A stretch of DNA of 64,000 nucleotides from Solirubrobacteraceae bacterium. Its GTDB lineage: Bacteria > Actinomycetota > Thermoleophilia > Solirubrobacterales > Solirubrobacteraceae. The position numbers and the translations under genes were made by a program. The notes below the pieces were generated by a model. The model had not been told where the DNA came from. It did no database searches and worked only from the letters and a program-made list of their open reading frames with translations. Where the stretch lies: assembly GCA_036561645.1 (NCBI GenBank), contig DATBOY010000068.1, forward strand, positions 16,707 through 80,706, given 5' to 3'. Each line of letters begins with the position of its first letter. The stretch's first letter is position 1. Positions 1-9,889 of this stretch are shown in pieces.

Positions 1-399
1 CCCCACCTCGCCTTCAGCCAGTCCGGGTCGCTCGGCGTGCAGCCCAACCAGTTGATCCTCACGTTGCAGCCCAACGAGGGCGTGACGCTGCGCCTCGGCG
101 CCAAGATCCCCGGCACGCGCATGAGCATCCGCCCCGTGAACATGGAGTTCCTGTACGGCACGTCGTTTTTGTCGGAGAGCCCCGAGGCGTACGAGCGGCT
201 GATCACCGACGCGATGCGCGGCGATCCGACGCTGTTCACGCGCAACGACGAGGTCGAGGCGCAGTGGACGATCTGCGACCCGATCGTCAGTACGTGGGAA
301 GCGCTGCCCGGCCCGCTGGCGCAGTACGAAGCGGGCTCGCAGGGACCGGCGCAGGCCGAGTCCATCCTGCGCGACGGACAGAGCTGGAGGGCGATCTGA
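1..399 (+). CDS. zwf: Glucose-6-phosphate 1-dehydrogenase, 3' part (5'-truncated by window)
   Basis: C-terminal G6PD motifs 'LQPNEG', 'PEAYERLITDAMRGDPTLFTRNDEVEAQW', 'YEAGSQGP'; followed by opcA and pgl. Confidence 0.95.
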   Translation, partial: PHLAFSQSGSLGVQPNQLILTLQPNEGVTLRLGAKIPGTRMSIRPVNMEFLYGTSFLSESPEAYERLITDAMRGDPTLFTRNDEVEAQWTICDPIVSTWEALPGPLAQYEAGSQGPAQAESILRDGQSWRAI

Positions 400-485
400 T
401 GCGCCGCCCGCGACCGGACGGCCCGCCGCGACGCCGGCGCCAGGCCGTCCGCACGATGCCCGCCGTCAGCGAACGCGCCTGAGCG

Positions 486-1550
486 ATGCCCGCCGTCAGC
501 GACGCGATCTGGGGGGAGCAGGGCACGACGCCCGACAAGATCGAGCAGGCGCTGCGCACGCTGCTCAAGCAGCGCCACGCCGAGAACGGCGGCTACGCGC
601 CCGCGCGCGTGCTGAACATGATCACGTTCGTGGACAGCCGCTACAGCGGCGAGATCGCCAACCGCCTGCGCGGCGTCGGGCGCTACCACGCCTCGCGCCT
701 GATCGTGCTCGCCTACGAACGCAGCCGCCGGCGCCTGGACGCGCGCGTGTCGATCGCCTCCGACGGCGAGCCGGGTCCGGGGCAGCTCGCGCTGCTGCGC
801 GAGACGGTGATCGTCGAGATCGGCGCGTGCCACTTCGACGATCTGCTGACGATCGTCGACCCGCTCGTCGTCACCGACCTGCCGACGCTGCTGTGGTCCC
901 CGCACGGCCACCCCGGGGCGCTCGACACGCTGCTCGCCCTCGCGCAGAGCGTGCTGATCGACTCGATCGACGAACCGATCTGCCGCGAGGCGGTGCAGCG
1001 CGCGCAGGAGCTGGCGCAGCGCGCGTACGTGGTCGACCTCGCATGGCTGCGCTCGACCCCGTGGCGCGAGCGCATCGCCGCGGCGTTCGACCCGCTCGCG
1101 CTGCGCGGGGAACTGCGCCACATCGCCTCGCTCAGTCTGCGCCACCATCCCGACTCGACGATCGCCGCGATCCTCGTGATCGGCTGGCTCGCCTCGCGCC
1201 TGGGCTGGGAGACGAACCCGCTGCTACAGCGCGGCCAGGAGCTGGTGGGCAGCGCCCACGCGCACCGCCAGGATGTGGCGCTGCGCGTGCAGAGCACGCC
1301 CGAGCTGCAGGTCCGCGGCCTTGCCGGCCTCACCCTGCAGACCGCGTCCGGCATCGAGCTGAGCCTCGATCGCGCGCCCGGCGGCCTGCGCGCGCACCAG
1401 CGCTCAAAGCGCGGCGGCGAGCGCGAGTGGTCGATGCTCGGAGCCTCGCGCGGCGAGGCGGGCGTGCTCGGCGAGGGCATCCGCCAGGCGCTGCTGCGCG
1501 ACCCCACGTACGTGCCGGCGCTGGCGGCGGCGCAGTCGCTCGTGCCGTGA
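486..1550 (+). CDS. opcA: G6PD assembly/activator protein OpcA
   Basis: 'DLPTLLW', 'VVDLAWLRSTPWRERIA', 'GWLASRLGW'; canonical zwf-opcA-pgl order. Confidence 0.9.
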   Translation: MPAVSDAIWGEQGTTPDKIEQALRTLLKQRHAENGGYAPARVLNMITFVDSRYSGEIANRLRGVGRYHASRLIVLAYERSRRRLDARVSIASDGEPGPGQLALLRETVIVEIGACHFDDLLTIVDPLVVTDLPTLLWSPHGHPGALDTLLALAQSVLIDSIDEPICREAVQRAQELAQRAYVVDLAWLRSTPWRERIAAAFDPLALRGELRHIASLSLRHHPDSTIAAILVIGWLASRLGWETNPLLQRGQELVGSAHAHRQDVALRVQSTPELQVRGLAGLTLQTASGIELSLDRAPGGLRAHQRSKRGGEREWSMLGASRGEAGVLGEGIRQALLRDPTYVPALAAAQSLVP

Positions 1551-1629
1551 GACGCCCGCGCCCGTTCCCCACCGAGTCCGAAGGCGCCGCCGCCACGGCC
1601 CTCCCTACGCGAGCCCCTGTCGCCACCTC

Positions 1630-2346
1630 ATGACCCGCCTGTGTACGTGCGCCGACGCGGAGGCCGTCGCCGCGCGCGCGGCGCGGGAGATCGCGCAGCT
1701 GCTGGAGCGCGCGCGCGAGCAGCGCGGCCGTGCGCACGTGGCGCTCAGCGGCGGCACGACGCCGGCGCGCACGTACGAGCTGCTCGCCGCGGCGCTCGCG
1801 GATTGGAGCGAGATCGACGTGTGGTTCGCCGACGAGCGCTGCGTGAACCCGGATGACGAGCAGAGCAACTACCGCATGGCGCGCGAGACGCTGCTGGACC
1901 GCGTCGCGATCGTGCCCGAGCGCATCCACCGCATGGAAGGCGAGCGCGGACCCGAGCAGGGGGCCGCGCGGTACGCGCAGGCGCTGCGCGAGCACCTGCC
2001 CGACGTCGAGCCCGGCTCACCCGTGCTCGACGTGATCGTGCTCGGCATCGGCCCCGACGGGCACGTCGCCTCGCTGTTCCCCGGCGCTCCCGCGCTCGAC
2101 GCCGGCGAGGGCGCCGTGTGCCTGGGCGTGCTCGACTCTCCCAAGCCCCCGCCGCAGCGGATCACGCTCAGCCTCGCCGTGCTGCGCGCCGCGCGGCGCT
2201 GCCTGCTGCTGGCCACGGGGTCGGCCAAGCGGACCGCGGTCACCGCCGCACTGGCGGAACCGACCCGAGATGTGCCCGCCAGCCTGCTAAGACGGGAGCG
2301 GCTGAGCGTGATCCTCGACGACGCCGCCTCGCCCTCGCCACCCTGA
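1630..2346 (+). CDS. pgl: 6-phosphogluconolactonase
   Basis: 'VALSGGTTP', 'FADERCV', 'LGIGPDGHVASLFP', 'SPKPPPQRITL'. Confidence 0.95.
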   Translation: MTRLCTCADAEAVAARAAREIAQLLERAREQRGRAHVALSGGTTPARTYELLAAALADWSEIDVWFADERCVNPDDEQSNYRMARETLLDRVAIVPERIHRMEGERGPEQGAARYAQALREHLPDVEPGSPVLDVIVLGIGPDGHVASLFPGAPALDAGEGAVCLGVLDSPKPPPQRITLSLAVLRAARRCLLLATGSAKRTAVTAALAEPTRDVPASLLRRERLSVILDDAASPSPP

Positions 2347-2396
2347 GGTTGAGACGAATCGTCTGCGGGTACGTACTAGCGAGCATCAGCAAAGTC

Positions 2397-3665
2397 ATGG
2401 CCGCCACAGCACCCCAGGACCTCTTCGGGCCGGATGCAACCGCGCTGTCGGACTCGCGGGCGGTGCTCGCGGCGCTGCACGCGGCGCGCGCGCTGACGCT
2501 CGCCCTCGTCGCGCACCTGGACGAGGAGCAGCTCGAGCGCGCCCACTCGCCGCTCATGAGCCCGCTCGTGTGGGACCTCGCACACATCGCCGCGTACGAG
2601 GACCTATGGCTCGCCCACCGCCACGCGGGCCTTGCGCTGCTGCGCCCCGACCTGGCCGAGTCCTACGACGCGTTCGAGACTCCACGCGCGCAGCGCGGAG
2701 AGATCGAGCTGCTCGACACGGGCGCGGCGCGCGCCTACATGGACGACGTGCGCGCGCGCGTCGCGGCGGCGATCCTCGACCACGGCGTCGGCGACGGGGT
2801 TGTGCACGAGATGGTCGTGCGCCACGAGCTGCAGCACACCGAGACGATGCGCCAGGCGATGGCGATCGCCGGCCTGCTGCCCGCGGGCGAGCCGCCCCGA
2901 CGCGGCGACGTCGATGTGGCGCCCGTGACTTCCGGACAGGCCCTTGCCGACGCTCGCCGCAGCGAGCCGACCGCCCTACGCGACCCCGGCGGCTGGCTTG
3001 AGATTCCCGCCGGCTCCTTCGCGATGGGCGCGGGACCCGGCGGCTTTGCGTACGACAACGAGCGCCCCCGCCACATCGTCAGGACAGAAGCGTTTCGCAT
3101 CGCGCTGCGGCCCGTCACCAACGCCAGCTGGATGCGCTTCAGCGAGGGCGGCGGGTACGAGCGGCGCGAGTGGTGGTCGGACGAGGGGTGGGCGTGGAAG
3201 GAGGAGTACGACATCACGCATCACCCCGGCGTGGCCACCGGGCCCCCGCAAGCGCCCGCGTGCCACGTCTCCTGGTTCGAGGCCGACGCCTTCGCCCGAG
3301 CCCACGACGCCCGGCTTCCCACCGAGGCGGAGTGGGAGAGGGCGGCGACCTGGGAGCAGGGGAGCTTGGAGCACGTCGGCGCCGTGTGGGAGTGGACGAG
3401 CAGCCCCTTCCACGGCTACCCCGGCTTCGCCCCCCACCCCTACCGCGAGTACTCCGAAGTGTTTTTCGGCGAGACCTACCGCGTGCTGCGCGGCGGCTCG
3501 TGGGCCACGAGCGCTCGTGTGGCCACCCCCACCTTCCGCAATTGGGACCTGCCCCAGCGCCGCCAGATCTTTGCCGGCGTGCGCCTGGCAAAGGACGTGT
3601 CCCCGCCTGCCACGGCCTCGACTCCGCCCACCGCAGCCACTCCGCCCACCACGAGGGAGACCTGA
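2397..3665 (+). CDS. egtB: Ergothioneine sulfoxide synthase EgtB (DinB + FGE-like domains)
   Basis: Fe-ligand motifs 'WDLAHIAAYE' and 'RHELQHTETM'; 'YDNERPRH', 'RLPTEAEWE', 'YREYSEVFF', 'RQIFAGVRLA'; adjacent egtD. Start moved to ATG 2397. Confidence 0.88.
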   Translation: MAATAPQDLFGPDATALSDSRAVLAALHAARALTLALVAHLDEEQLERAHSPLMSPLVWDLAHIAAYEDLWLAHRHAGLALLRPDLAESYDAFETPRAQRGEIELLDTGAARAYMDDVRARVAAAILDHGVGDGVVHEMVVRHELQHTETMRQAMAIAGLLPAGEPPRRGDVDVAPVTSGQALADARRSEPTALRDPGGWLEIPAGSFAMGAGPGGFAYDNERPRHIVRTEAFRIALRPVTNASWMRFSEGGGYERREWWSDEGWAWKEEYDITHHPGVATGPPQAPACHVSWFEADAFARAHDARLPTEAEWERAATWEQGSLEHVGAVWEWTSSPFHGYPGFAPHPYREYSEVFFGETYRVLRGGSWATSARVATPTFRNWDLPQRRQIFAGVRLAKDVSPPATASTPPTAATPPTTRET

Positions 3666-3669
3666 TCGC

Positions 3670-4656
3670 ATGAAGCCGCTCGCCGAGCCCATCCAGATCG
3701 ACTCGCACCTCAGCGACGGCAACGAACGCTCGCTCGCGGAGGACGTGCTCGATGGCCTTACCCGCCCCTTCAAGGAGCTGCCGCCCAAGCACTTCTACGA
3801 TGCCCGCGGCGCCGAGCTGTTCGACCGCATCTGCGAGTTGCCGGAGTACTACCCCACGCGCACCGAGCGCGCGATCCTCAACGAGACCGCCGCGGAGCTG
3901 GCGGAGATCACCGGCGCGGTCGAGCTGGTCGAGCTGGGCTCGGGCACGGCGGCCAAGACGCGGGTGCTGCTCGACGCCCTGGACGCCGCCGGCACCCTCG
4001 CCCGCTACGTCCCGGTGGACGTGACGGAGGCGATGGTCCGCGACTGCGCCGAGGAGCTGACCGAGGAGTATCCGGGGCTGCGCGTGCACGGGGTGGTGGG
4101 CGACTTCGAGCGCCACCTGGACCGCGTGCCGCCCGCCGCCGGCCCGCGCCTGGTCGTGTTCCTGGGCGGCACGATCGGCAACTTTCCCCCCGGCACCCGC
4201 CGGCGCTTCCTGCGCCAGATAGCCGCGCTGCTGAGCCCCGGCGACCACCTGCTGATCGGCACCGACCTCGTCAAGGACCCCGCCGTGCTGGAGGCGGCCT
4301 ACGACGACGGGCAGGGGGTGACGGCCGAGTTCAACCGCAACCTTCTGCACGTGCTCAACCGCGAGCTGGACGCCGACTTCGACCCGCGCGACTTCGACCA
4401 CGTCGCCCTCTTCGACCGGCGCAACGAGTGGATCGAGATGCGCCTGCGCGCGCGCCGCGACCACACCGTCACGGTGCGCGCCCTGCAGCTGCCCGTGCAC
4501 TTCGATGCGGGCGAGGAGATGCGCACCGAGATCAGCGCCAAGTTCACCCCCAAGCGCATCGACGAGGACCTCGCCGCCGCCGACCTGGAGCTGGTGCGCT
4601 GGTTGACCGACCCCGACGAGCAGTTCGCGTTGACGCTGGCGCGGCCGGTCGCCTGA
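3670..4656 (+). CDS. egtD: L-histidine N-alpha-methyltransferase EgtD
   Basis: '[32 protein letters not shown]', 'VELGSG', 'GGTIGNF', 'TEISAKF'; start ATG 3670. Confidence 0.95.
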   Translation: MKPLAEPIQIDSHLSDGNERSLAEDVLDGLTRPFKELPPKHFYDARGAELFDRICELPEYYPTRTERAILNETAAELAEITGAVELVELGSGTAAKTRVLLDALDAAGTLARYVPVDVTEAMVRDCAEELTEEYPGLRVHGVVGDFERHLDRVPPAAGPRLVVFLGGTIGNFPPGTRRRFLRQIAALLSPGDHLLIGTDLVKDPAVLEAAYDDGQGVTAEFNRNLLHVLNRELDADFDPRDFDHVALFDRRNEWIEMRLRARRDHTVTVRALQLPVHFDAGEEMRTEISAKFTPKRIDEDLAAADLELVRWLTDPDEQFALTLARPVA

Positions 4657-4768
4657 CGACCCCGGTCGACGCCTTGCCCAACAGACCTCGCGGCACGGCC
4701 AGCCGGTGGACCTCGGCCGCTCGCCGCCCGCACCCCCTCGCAGCAGCGGTTCGCTAGGCTCCCGCATC

Positions 4769-5530
4769 ATGCGCATCGAGGGCAGCTCAGCGATCGTCGT
4801 CGGCGGAGCCTCCGGGCTCGGCGAGGCGACCGTGCGCGCGCTGCACGCGGCGGGCGCGGCGGTCACGATCGCCGACGTCAACGCCGAGAAGGGGCAGGCG
4901 CTCGCCGGCGAGCTGAGCCTGGAGTTTCTCGCCTGCGACGTGCGCGAGGAGAGCCAGGTGCAGGCCGCGGTGCAGCACGCGACGCAGGCGGGCGACGGCC
5001 TGCGCATCGCCGTCTGCTGCGCCGGCACGGGCTGGGCGCAGAAGGTCGCCGGCTCCAAGGGTCCGCACCCGCTGCTGCCGTTCGAGACGATCCTCCAGAT
5101 CAACCTGATCGGCACGTTCAACGTGCTGCGCCACGCCGCCTTCGCGATGATCCCCAACGATCCCCTGGAGGACGGCGAGCGCGGCGTGTGCGTGAACACC
5201 GCCTCGATCGCCGCCTACGACGGGCAGGTCGGCCAGATCGCCTACTCCGCCTCCAAGAGCGGCGTCGTCGGCATGACGCTGCCGGCGGCGCGCGACCTCG
5301 CGCAGTACGGCATCCGCGTGAACACGATCGCCCCCGGCCTGTTCGACACGCCACTGCTCGCGGCGCTGCCGCTACAGGCGCGCGAGAAGCTCGGCGCGGG
5401 CGTGCCGTACCCCCCGCGCCTCGGCCACCCGGACGAGTACGCGGCGCTCGCCTGCCACATCGTCGCCAACCGCATGCTCAACGGCGAGACGATCCGGCTC
5501 GACGGCGCGCTGCGGATGCCGCCGCGCTGA
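4769..5530 (+). CDS. SDR family 3-hydroxyacyl-CoA dehydrogenase (HSD10/FadB2-like)
   Basis: 'GGASGLG', '[21 protein letters not shown]', '[13 protein letters not shown]'. Confidence 0.9.
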   Translation: MRIEGSSAIVVGGASGLGEATVRALHAAGAAVTIADVNAEKGQALAGELSLEFLACDVREESQVQAAVQHATQAGDGLRIAVCCAGTGWAQKVAGSKGPHPLLPFETILQINLIGTFNVLRHAAFAMIPNDPLEDGERGVCVNTASIAAYDGQVGQIAYSASKSGVVGMTLPAARDLAQYGIRVNTIAPGLFDTPLLAALPLQAREKLGAGVPYPPRLGHPDEYAALACHIVANRMLNGETIRLDGALRMPPR

Positions 5531-5620
5531 GGCTCACGCACCACACGGTCGGCGAATCCTTTTCGCCCCGGCGAGCCTCTCATCCACGTTCGACACTCGA
5601 CTCCGAACGGGAGGCTCACG

Positions 5621-6391
5621 ATGACCATCTCAAGCTGCCTGCACAGGCTGCCCACCGGCGCGGCCGTACTCGCACTCGCCGTCCTCGGCCTGTCGGCCAC
5701 GGCCGCGGCAGCACCGACGATCGCATTCAAGATCTCGGCCGTGCCGATCCCGGGAGTCCCGGGCACCGGCAACATCCTCGGCGCGGGCGCCGCGCTCCAG
5801 GCGCACGGCACGATCTCAGGGACCGAATACGGCGGCTCCCCGCTACCGGTGACCGGGATCAAGTTCTATGCGCCCGCAGGGATTAAGCTGCACCCGAGCG
5901 GGTTCGCCACGTGCGCGCCGGCGACGATCGAAAAGGGCACGCCCGGAGCGTGCCCGAAGAAGTCGATCGCGGGCCCGAAGGGCTTTGTGACCGGCGTCGT
6001 AAGCTTCGGCGAAGCACGCGTGTCCGAGACGGTGTCCGTGCAGCCGTTCTTCGCTCCCAACGGCAACCTCGAGTTCACCGTCGACGGCACGACGCCGGCC
6101 GCGCTCGACTACCTCGTGAGCGGCCACGTTACCAGCGCCTCCCCGCCTTTCGGCCTGGAAGTCGCGGCAGAAGTGCCGCTTATCGAAACGGTGCCCGGAG
6201 CGCTCGACGCATCGGCCGAGAAAGGCACGCTCAGGGTCGGTGCCGCGTATCGGCAGGGCAAGAAGACGATCTCCTACATTACGCTGCCGAGCAGGTGCCC
6301 GAAGGGAGGTCTCCCCGTGAAGGTGGAAGTGAGCTTCCTCGGTGGCGCGATCGCGGCAGGATCGGGCACGATGCCATGCCCGAGGAGGTAG
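5621..6391 (+). CDS. Secreted hypothetical protein with conserved Cys (paralog of 53272..54063)
   Basis: RBS GGGAGG before ATG; signal peptide ending AAAA-P; motifs 'ATC', 'CP..SI', 'CPKGGLP', 'PCPRR' shared with 53272..54063. Confidence 0.75.
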   Translation: MTISSCLHRLPTGAAVLALAVLGLSATAAAAPTIAFKISAVPIPGVPGTGNILGAGAALQAHGTISGTEYGGSPLPVTGIKFYAPAGIKLHPSGFATCAPATIEKGTPGACPKKSIAGPKGFVTGVVSFGEARVSETVSVQPFFAPNGNLEFTVDGTTPAALDYLVSGHVTSASPPFGLEVAAEVPLIETVPGALDASAEKGTLRVGAAYRQGKKTISYITLPSRCPKGGLPVKVEVSFLGGAIAAGSGTMPCPRR

Positions 6392-6396
6392 TTTCG

Positions 6397-6990
6397 ATGA
6401 GCGGCCACACCGGCTGGTCCTGGCCCAGCGAGCACGTCATCGGCGCGGCGCAGCAAGGCGACCCGCGCGCGATCACGATGCTCGTCTACGGCTCGCACCC
6501 GCACGTGCGGCGCTTCGCGCGCGCGCTCTGCGCGACGCCCGAGGACGCCGAAGACGCGGCGCAGGAGGCGCTGATCGTCCTGTACCGCAAGATCGGCACG
6601 CTGCGCACCGCCGCCGCGCTCGCATCGTGGGTCTTCCAGATCGTGCGCAACGAGTGCATCCGCCGATCGCGGCTCGTGCTGCGCCGGCCGATCGCCGCCG
6701 CCGCAGGCGCCGAGCCCTCAGCTGAAGAGGCGGCGCTCGCGCGCCTTGAGATGGAGCGGATCATCGGCGCGATCGCCGCGCTGCCCGCCGAGCAGCGCGC
6801 CGTGCTGATCCTGCGCGACATCCAGGGCCGGTCCGGCGCCGCCACGGCACAGGCGCTCGGCCTCAGCCGAGCCGCGATGAAGTCGCGCCTGCACCGCGCA
6901 CGCGCGGCGCTCCACGCACGGCTCGGCGAGCCGCTGCAGGAGACCGGCACAGAACGCGACGCGCCGCTCGACGAGACGTCTCTCAGCTGA
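6397..6990 (+). CDS. ECF sigma-70 factor
   Basis: 'DAEDAAQEALI', 'SWVFQIVRNEC', region 4 'LPAEQRAVLILRDIQG..TAQALGLSRAAMKSRLHRAR'; RBS GAGGAGG; start ATG 6397. Confidence 0.9.
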   Translation: MSGHTGWSWPSEHVIGAAQQGDPRAITMLVYGSHPHVRRFARALCATPEDAEDAAQEALIVLYRKIGTLRTAAALASWVFQIVRNECIRRSRLVLRRPIAAAAGAEPSAEEAALARLEMERIIGAIAALPAEQRAVLILRDIQGRSGAATAQALGLSRAAMKSRLHRARAALHARLGEPLQETGTERDAPLDETSLS

Positions 6991-8176
6991 CCCGTTCGAC
7001 GAGCATCGCCATGCCCATGCCGCCGGCGACGCACATCGACTCGATTCCGTACGTCGCGTCGAGCGTCTGCAGGTCGTTGATCAACGTCGTCATGATGCGC
7101 GCGCCCGTCATGCCGAAGGGGTGGCCGAGCGCGATCGCGCCGCCGAACGGGTTGAGCTTCTCGCGGTCGAGCCCCAGCTCCTCGATGCACGGCACGATCT
7201 GCGCGGCGAACGCCTCGTTGATCTCCACCACGTCGATGTCCTCGATCTTCATGCCCGTCTTCTTCAGCAGCGCCTGGATCGCCGGGATCGGGCCGAGGCC
7301 CATGATCTCAGGGCGGATCGCCGCGACGGTCGAGGCGAGGATCTTGACCTTCGGCGCAAGGCCGAGCTCCTTCGCGCGCTCCTGCGACATCACGAGCAGC
7401 GCCGCGGCGCCGTCGTTGAGCGGGCACGCGTTGCCGGCCGTCACCGTGCCGTCCTCCTTGAAGACGGGCTTCAGCGCCGCCAGGCCCTCCATCGTCGTGC
7501 CGGGGCGCGGCCCGTCGTCGCGGGTGACGACCGTCTCGGGCACGTCGATCTCGTTGCCCTCCTTGTCGACGTCCCTGTGCGCCGGCACCGTCACGGGCAC
7601 GATCTCGCTGTCGAAGTGCCCGTCCGCCACAGCGGCGACGGCGCGGGTCTGGGAGACGAGCGCCCACTCGTCCTGCGCCTCGCGGCTGACGTTGCAGCGC
7701 TCCGCCACGTTCTCGGCGGTCATCCCCATCGGGATGTACACGTTGTACAGCGAGCCCGCCGAGCCGTCGACCATGTGGTTGAACTCGAACTGGCTGCCGC
7801 GCCCTGTGCGGCTGACGGCCTCCACGCCGGCGGCGATGTACGTGTCTCCCTCGCCCGCCTGGATCGCGTGGAAGGCCATGCGCGTGGTCTGCAGCGAGGA
7901 GGCGCAGAAGCGGTTGACCGTGCACGCTGGGACGTGGTGGTCGATGCCCGCCAGCAGCGACGCGATGCGGCCGATGTTGTAGCCCGACTCTCCCTCGCCG
8001 TACCCGCAGCCCATCATCACGTCGCCGATCGTGCTCTGCTGCACCTGCGGGTTGCGCTCGATCAGCGCCTTCAGCGGGATCGCCGCGAGGTCGTCGGCGC
8101 GAACGGACTTGAGCGACCCCTTGACGGCGCGCCCGATGGGCGTGCGGACGGCGTCGACGATTACGGCATCTGGCAT
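6983..8176 (-). CDS. fadA: Acetyl-CoA C-acyltransferase (thiolase)
   Basis: 'NRFCASSL', 'NEAFA', 'GGAIALGHPFG', 'MCVAGGMG'. Confidence 0.93.
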   Translation of the reverse strand: MPDAVIVDAVRTPIGRAVKGSLKSVRADDLAAIPLKALIERNPQVQQSTIGDVMMGCGYGEGESGYNIGRIASLLAGIDHHVPACTVNRFCASSLQTTRMAFHAIQAGEGDTYIAAGVEAVSRTGRGSQFEFNHMVDGSAGSLYNVYIPMGMTAENVAERCNVSREAQDEWALVSQTRAVAAVADGHFDSEIVPVTVPAHRDVDKEGNEIDVPETVVTRDDGPRPGTTMEGLAALKPVFKEDGTVTAGNACPLNDGAAALLVMSQERAKELGLAPKVKILASTVAAIRPEIMGLGPIPAIQALLKKTGMKIEDIDVVEINEAFAAQIVPCIEELGLDREKLNPFGGAIALGHPFGMTGARIMTTLINDLQTLDATYGIESMCVAGGMGMAMLVERVS

Positions 8177-8216
8177 CGGGCGATCTTCTCCTAGGTCGAA
8201 CGGGGAGCCGGAATCC

Positions 8217-8320
8217 TACGACAGCGGCTGCGTCAAAGGCCAGCACGGCCGCTCAGTCGTTATGACAGCGGCCGCGTCAAAGGCCCCGCACGGCGGCTCG
8301 GTCGCTACGACAGCGGCTCG
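8217..8320. repeat. ~44-45 bp imperfect tandem repeat (2 copies + partial) at the 3' end of the TetR gene
   Basis: TACGACAGCGGCTGCGTCAAAGGCC.. / TATGACAGCGGCCGCGTCAAAGGCC.. / TACGACAGCGGCTC. Confidence 0.75.
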
Positions 8321-9729
8321 GGCAGCGGCTCGATCGCCACCTGCGCGGCGTGCTCGGGTCCCACGAATGGCGCGAGCGCCACGTACGTCGCGTGCGTCGT
8401 CAGGCTCGGCAGCGCGGCGACGCGGTCGCGCATGATGCAGTGGTACATGAGCTCGAACAGCCCGCCGCCGATCGCCTCGATCGTGATCGCCGGCGGGCGA
8501 CGGTGCTCGGGGGTCTCTTCGAAGCCGGGCTCCAGCACCGACAGGTACTCGGTGATGCCGGCGTTGGCGCGCTCCGCCGTGCGCGGCGTGGCGATCAGCA
8601 TGTGCAGCAGCGCCAGGCGCGCGAACGCGGGCTCGGAGCCGAGGTAGCGCAGCAGCGTCGCGATCGCGGCCTTCACCCCGCGCGGCCAGTCCGACTGTGC
8701 CGTGTACGCGCGCTCGACCAGCGCGAGGCCGCGGGAGTGGCCGACCTCGTACGCGAACAGGAACGCCTCCTCCTTGCTCTTGAAGTGGTCGTAGAAGGTC
8801 TGCAGCGACATCGCCGCCTCGCCGGCGATCTTCTCGACCGTCAGGTCGGCGTAGCCGCCCGTCGCCGTGAGGTTGGCGACGGCGTCGAGTATGCGCTCGC
8901 GCTGGCTGTGCAGCGCGAAGCTGCGCAGCACGTTTGTCATGCCCCGCGCGAGCTTCAGCTCGCCGCCGGCATAGGAGGCGAGCGTCCCCGGGGCGCGCCC
9001 GCCGCGCAGCCCGGAGTCCGCCACCGCGGCGGGCGCAGCCGCCTCCTCGTACTGCGCGAGGATCGCCGGCGTCGGGCGGTAGCACGTGACCCAGCGCATC
9101 AGATCGGTCACGAGCTGGTGCAGTTCGGGACGCTGACTGTGGCGCACGAGGCTGTACAGGATTCTGTTCAACCCGCCGACCACGGCCCTCACGACGGCGT
9201 CGGGCACGGCCGCGTCATCGGGCTCCTGCTGGACGTCATCGGGCTCCTGCTGGAGCATCCCACGCAGGAAGCGCCGGTACTCGGCGGCGGCGCGCTCGCG
9301 GCGCTCGATGCCCGCCGGTCCGGCGGCGACGATCTCGACCATGTTCAGGCGCGCGGCGCTGGGACTCGCGATCGTCGCGGCGAACAGCGCTCCGATCGCC
9401 GCTTCCACGCCCTGCTGCAAGCCGTCCGCCTGCGTGTACGCGTCGATCGCCCGGCGGCGGCCGTCCGCCGCGATCACGTCGAACGTCGCGAGCAGGCACT
9501 CCTGCTTGCTGGCGAAGTGCTCGTAGAAGGTCTTGCGCGACACGCCAGCGCGCCCGACGAGATCGGAGATCGTCGTCGCGCGGTAGCCCTTCTCGCCGAC
9601 CGAGTCGATCATCGCCAGCAGCAGGCGCTGCAGCTGGTCGGCGACGACCTGCTCGCGCGGCAGAGCCTGGGAGCCGCGCGGCAGTGTGCGGCGGCTGGGA
9701 CGGGGGGAACGGGGGTGTGGAGGTGCCAT
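8305..9729 (-). CDS. Tandem (two-module) TetR/AcrR family regulator
   Basis: Two HTHs: 'KGYRATTISDLVGRAGVSRKTFYEHFASKQEC' and 'GGYADLTVEKIAGEAAMSLQTFYDHFKSKEEA'. Confidence 0.9.
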   Translation of the reverse strand: MAPPHPRSPRPSRRTLPRGSQALPREQVVADQLQRLLLAMIDSVGEKGYRATTISDLVGRAGVSRKTFYEHFASKQECLLATFDVIAADGRRRAIDAYTQADGLQQGVEAAIGALFAATIASPSAARLNMVEIVAAGPAGIERRERAAAEYRRFLRGMLQQEPDDVQQEPDDAAVPDAVVRAVVGGLNRILYSLVRHSQRPELHQLVTDLMRWVTCYRPTPAILAQYEEAAAPAAVADSGLRGGRAPGTLASYAGGELKLARGMTNVLRSFALHSQRERILDAVANLTATGGYADLTVEKIAGEAAMSLQTFYDHFKSKEEAFLFAYEVGHSRGLALVERAYTAQSDWPRGVKAAIATLLRYLGSEPAFARLALLHMLIATPRTAERANAGITEYLSVLEPGFEETPEHRRPPAITIEAIGGGLFELMYHCIMRDRVAALPSLTTHATYVALAPFVGPEHAAQVAIEPLPEPLS

Positions 9730-9889
9730 CGATGCTCGTGCAGAAAGTCAGCCGCGCCGATCGGGGCTCAGCCGGCCAACACCAAAAACCGGATTATCAC
9801 TCGCGCGCGGGCAGAACGTGCAGTGCTGCATCGCCGCGCCCACGGCGGGCCGTGGCGCCCTGCGCACGGCCGCACACGCGGCCTCACAA

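Noticed and set aside
2397-3665. Selenoneine synthase SenA or ovothiol synthase OvoA
   Set aside because: No senB/selD neighbours and no C-terminal methyltransferase domain; egtD adjacency supports EgtB.
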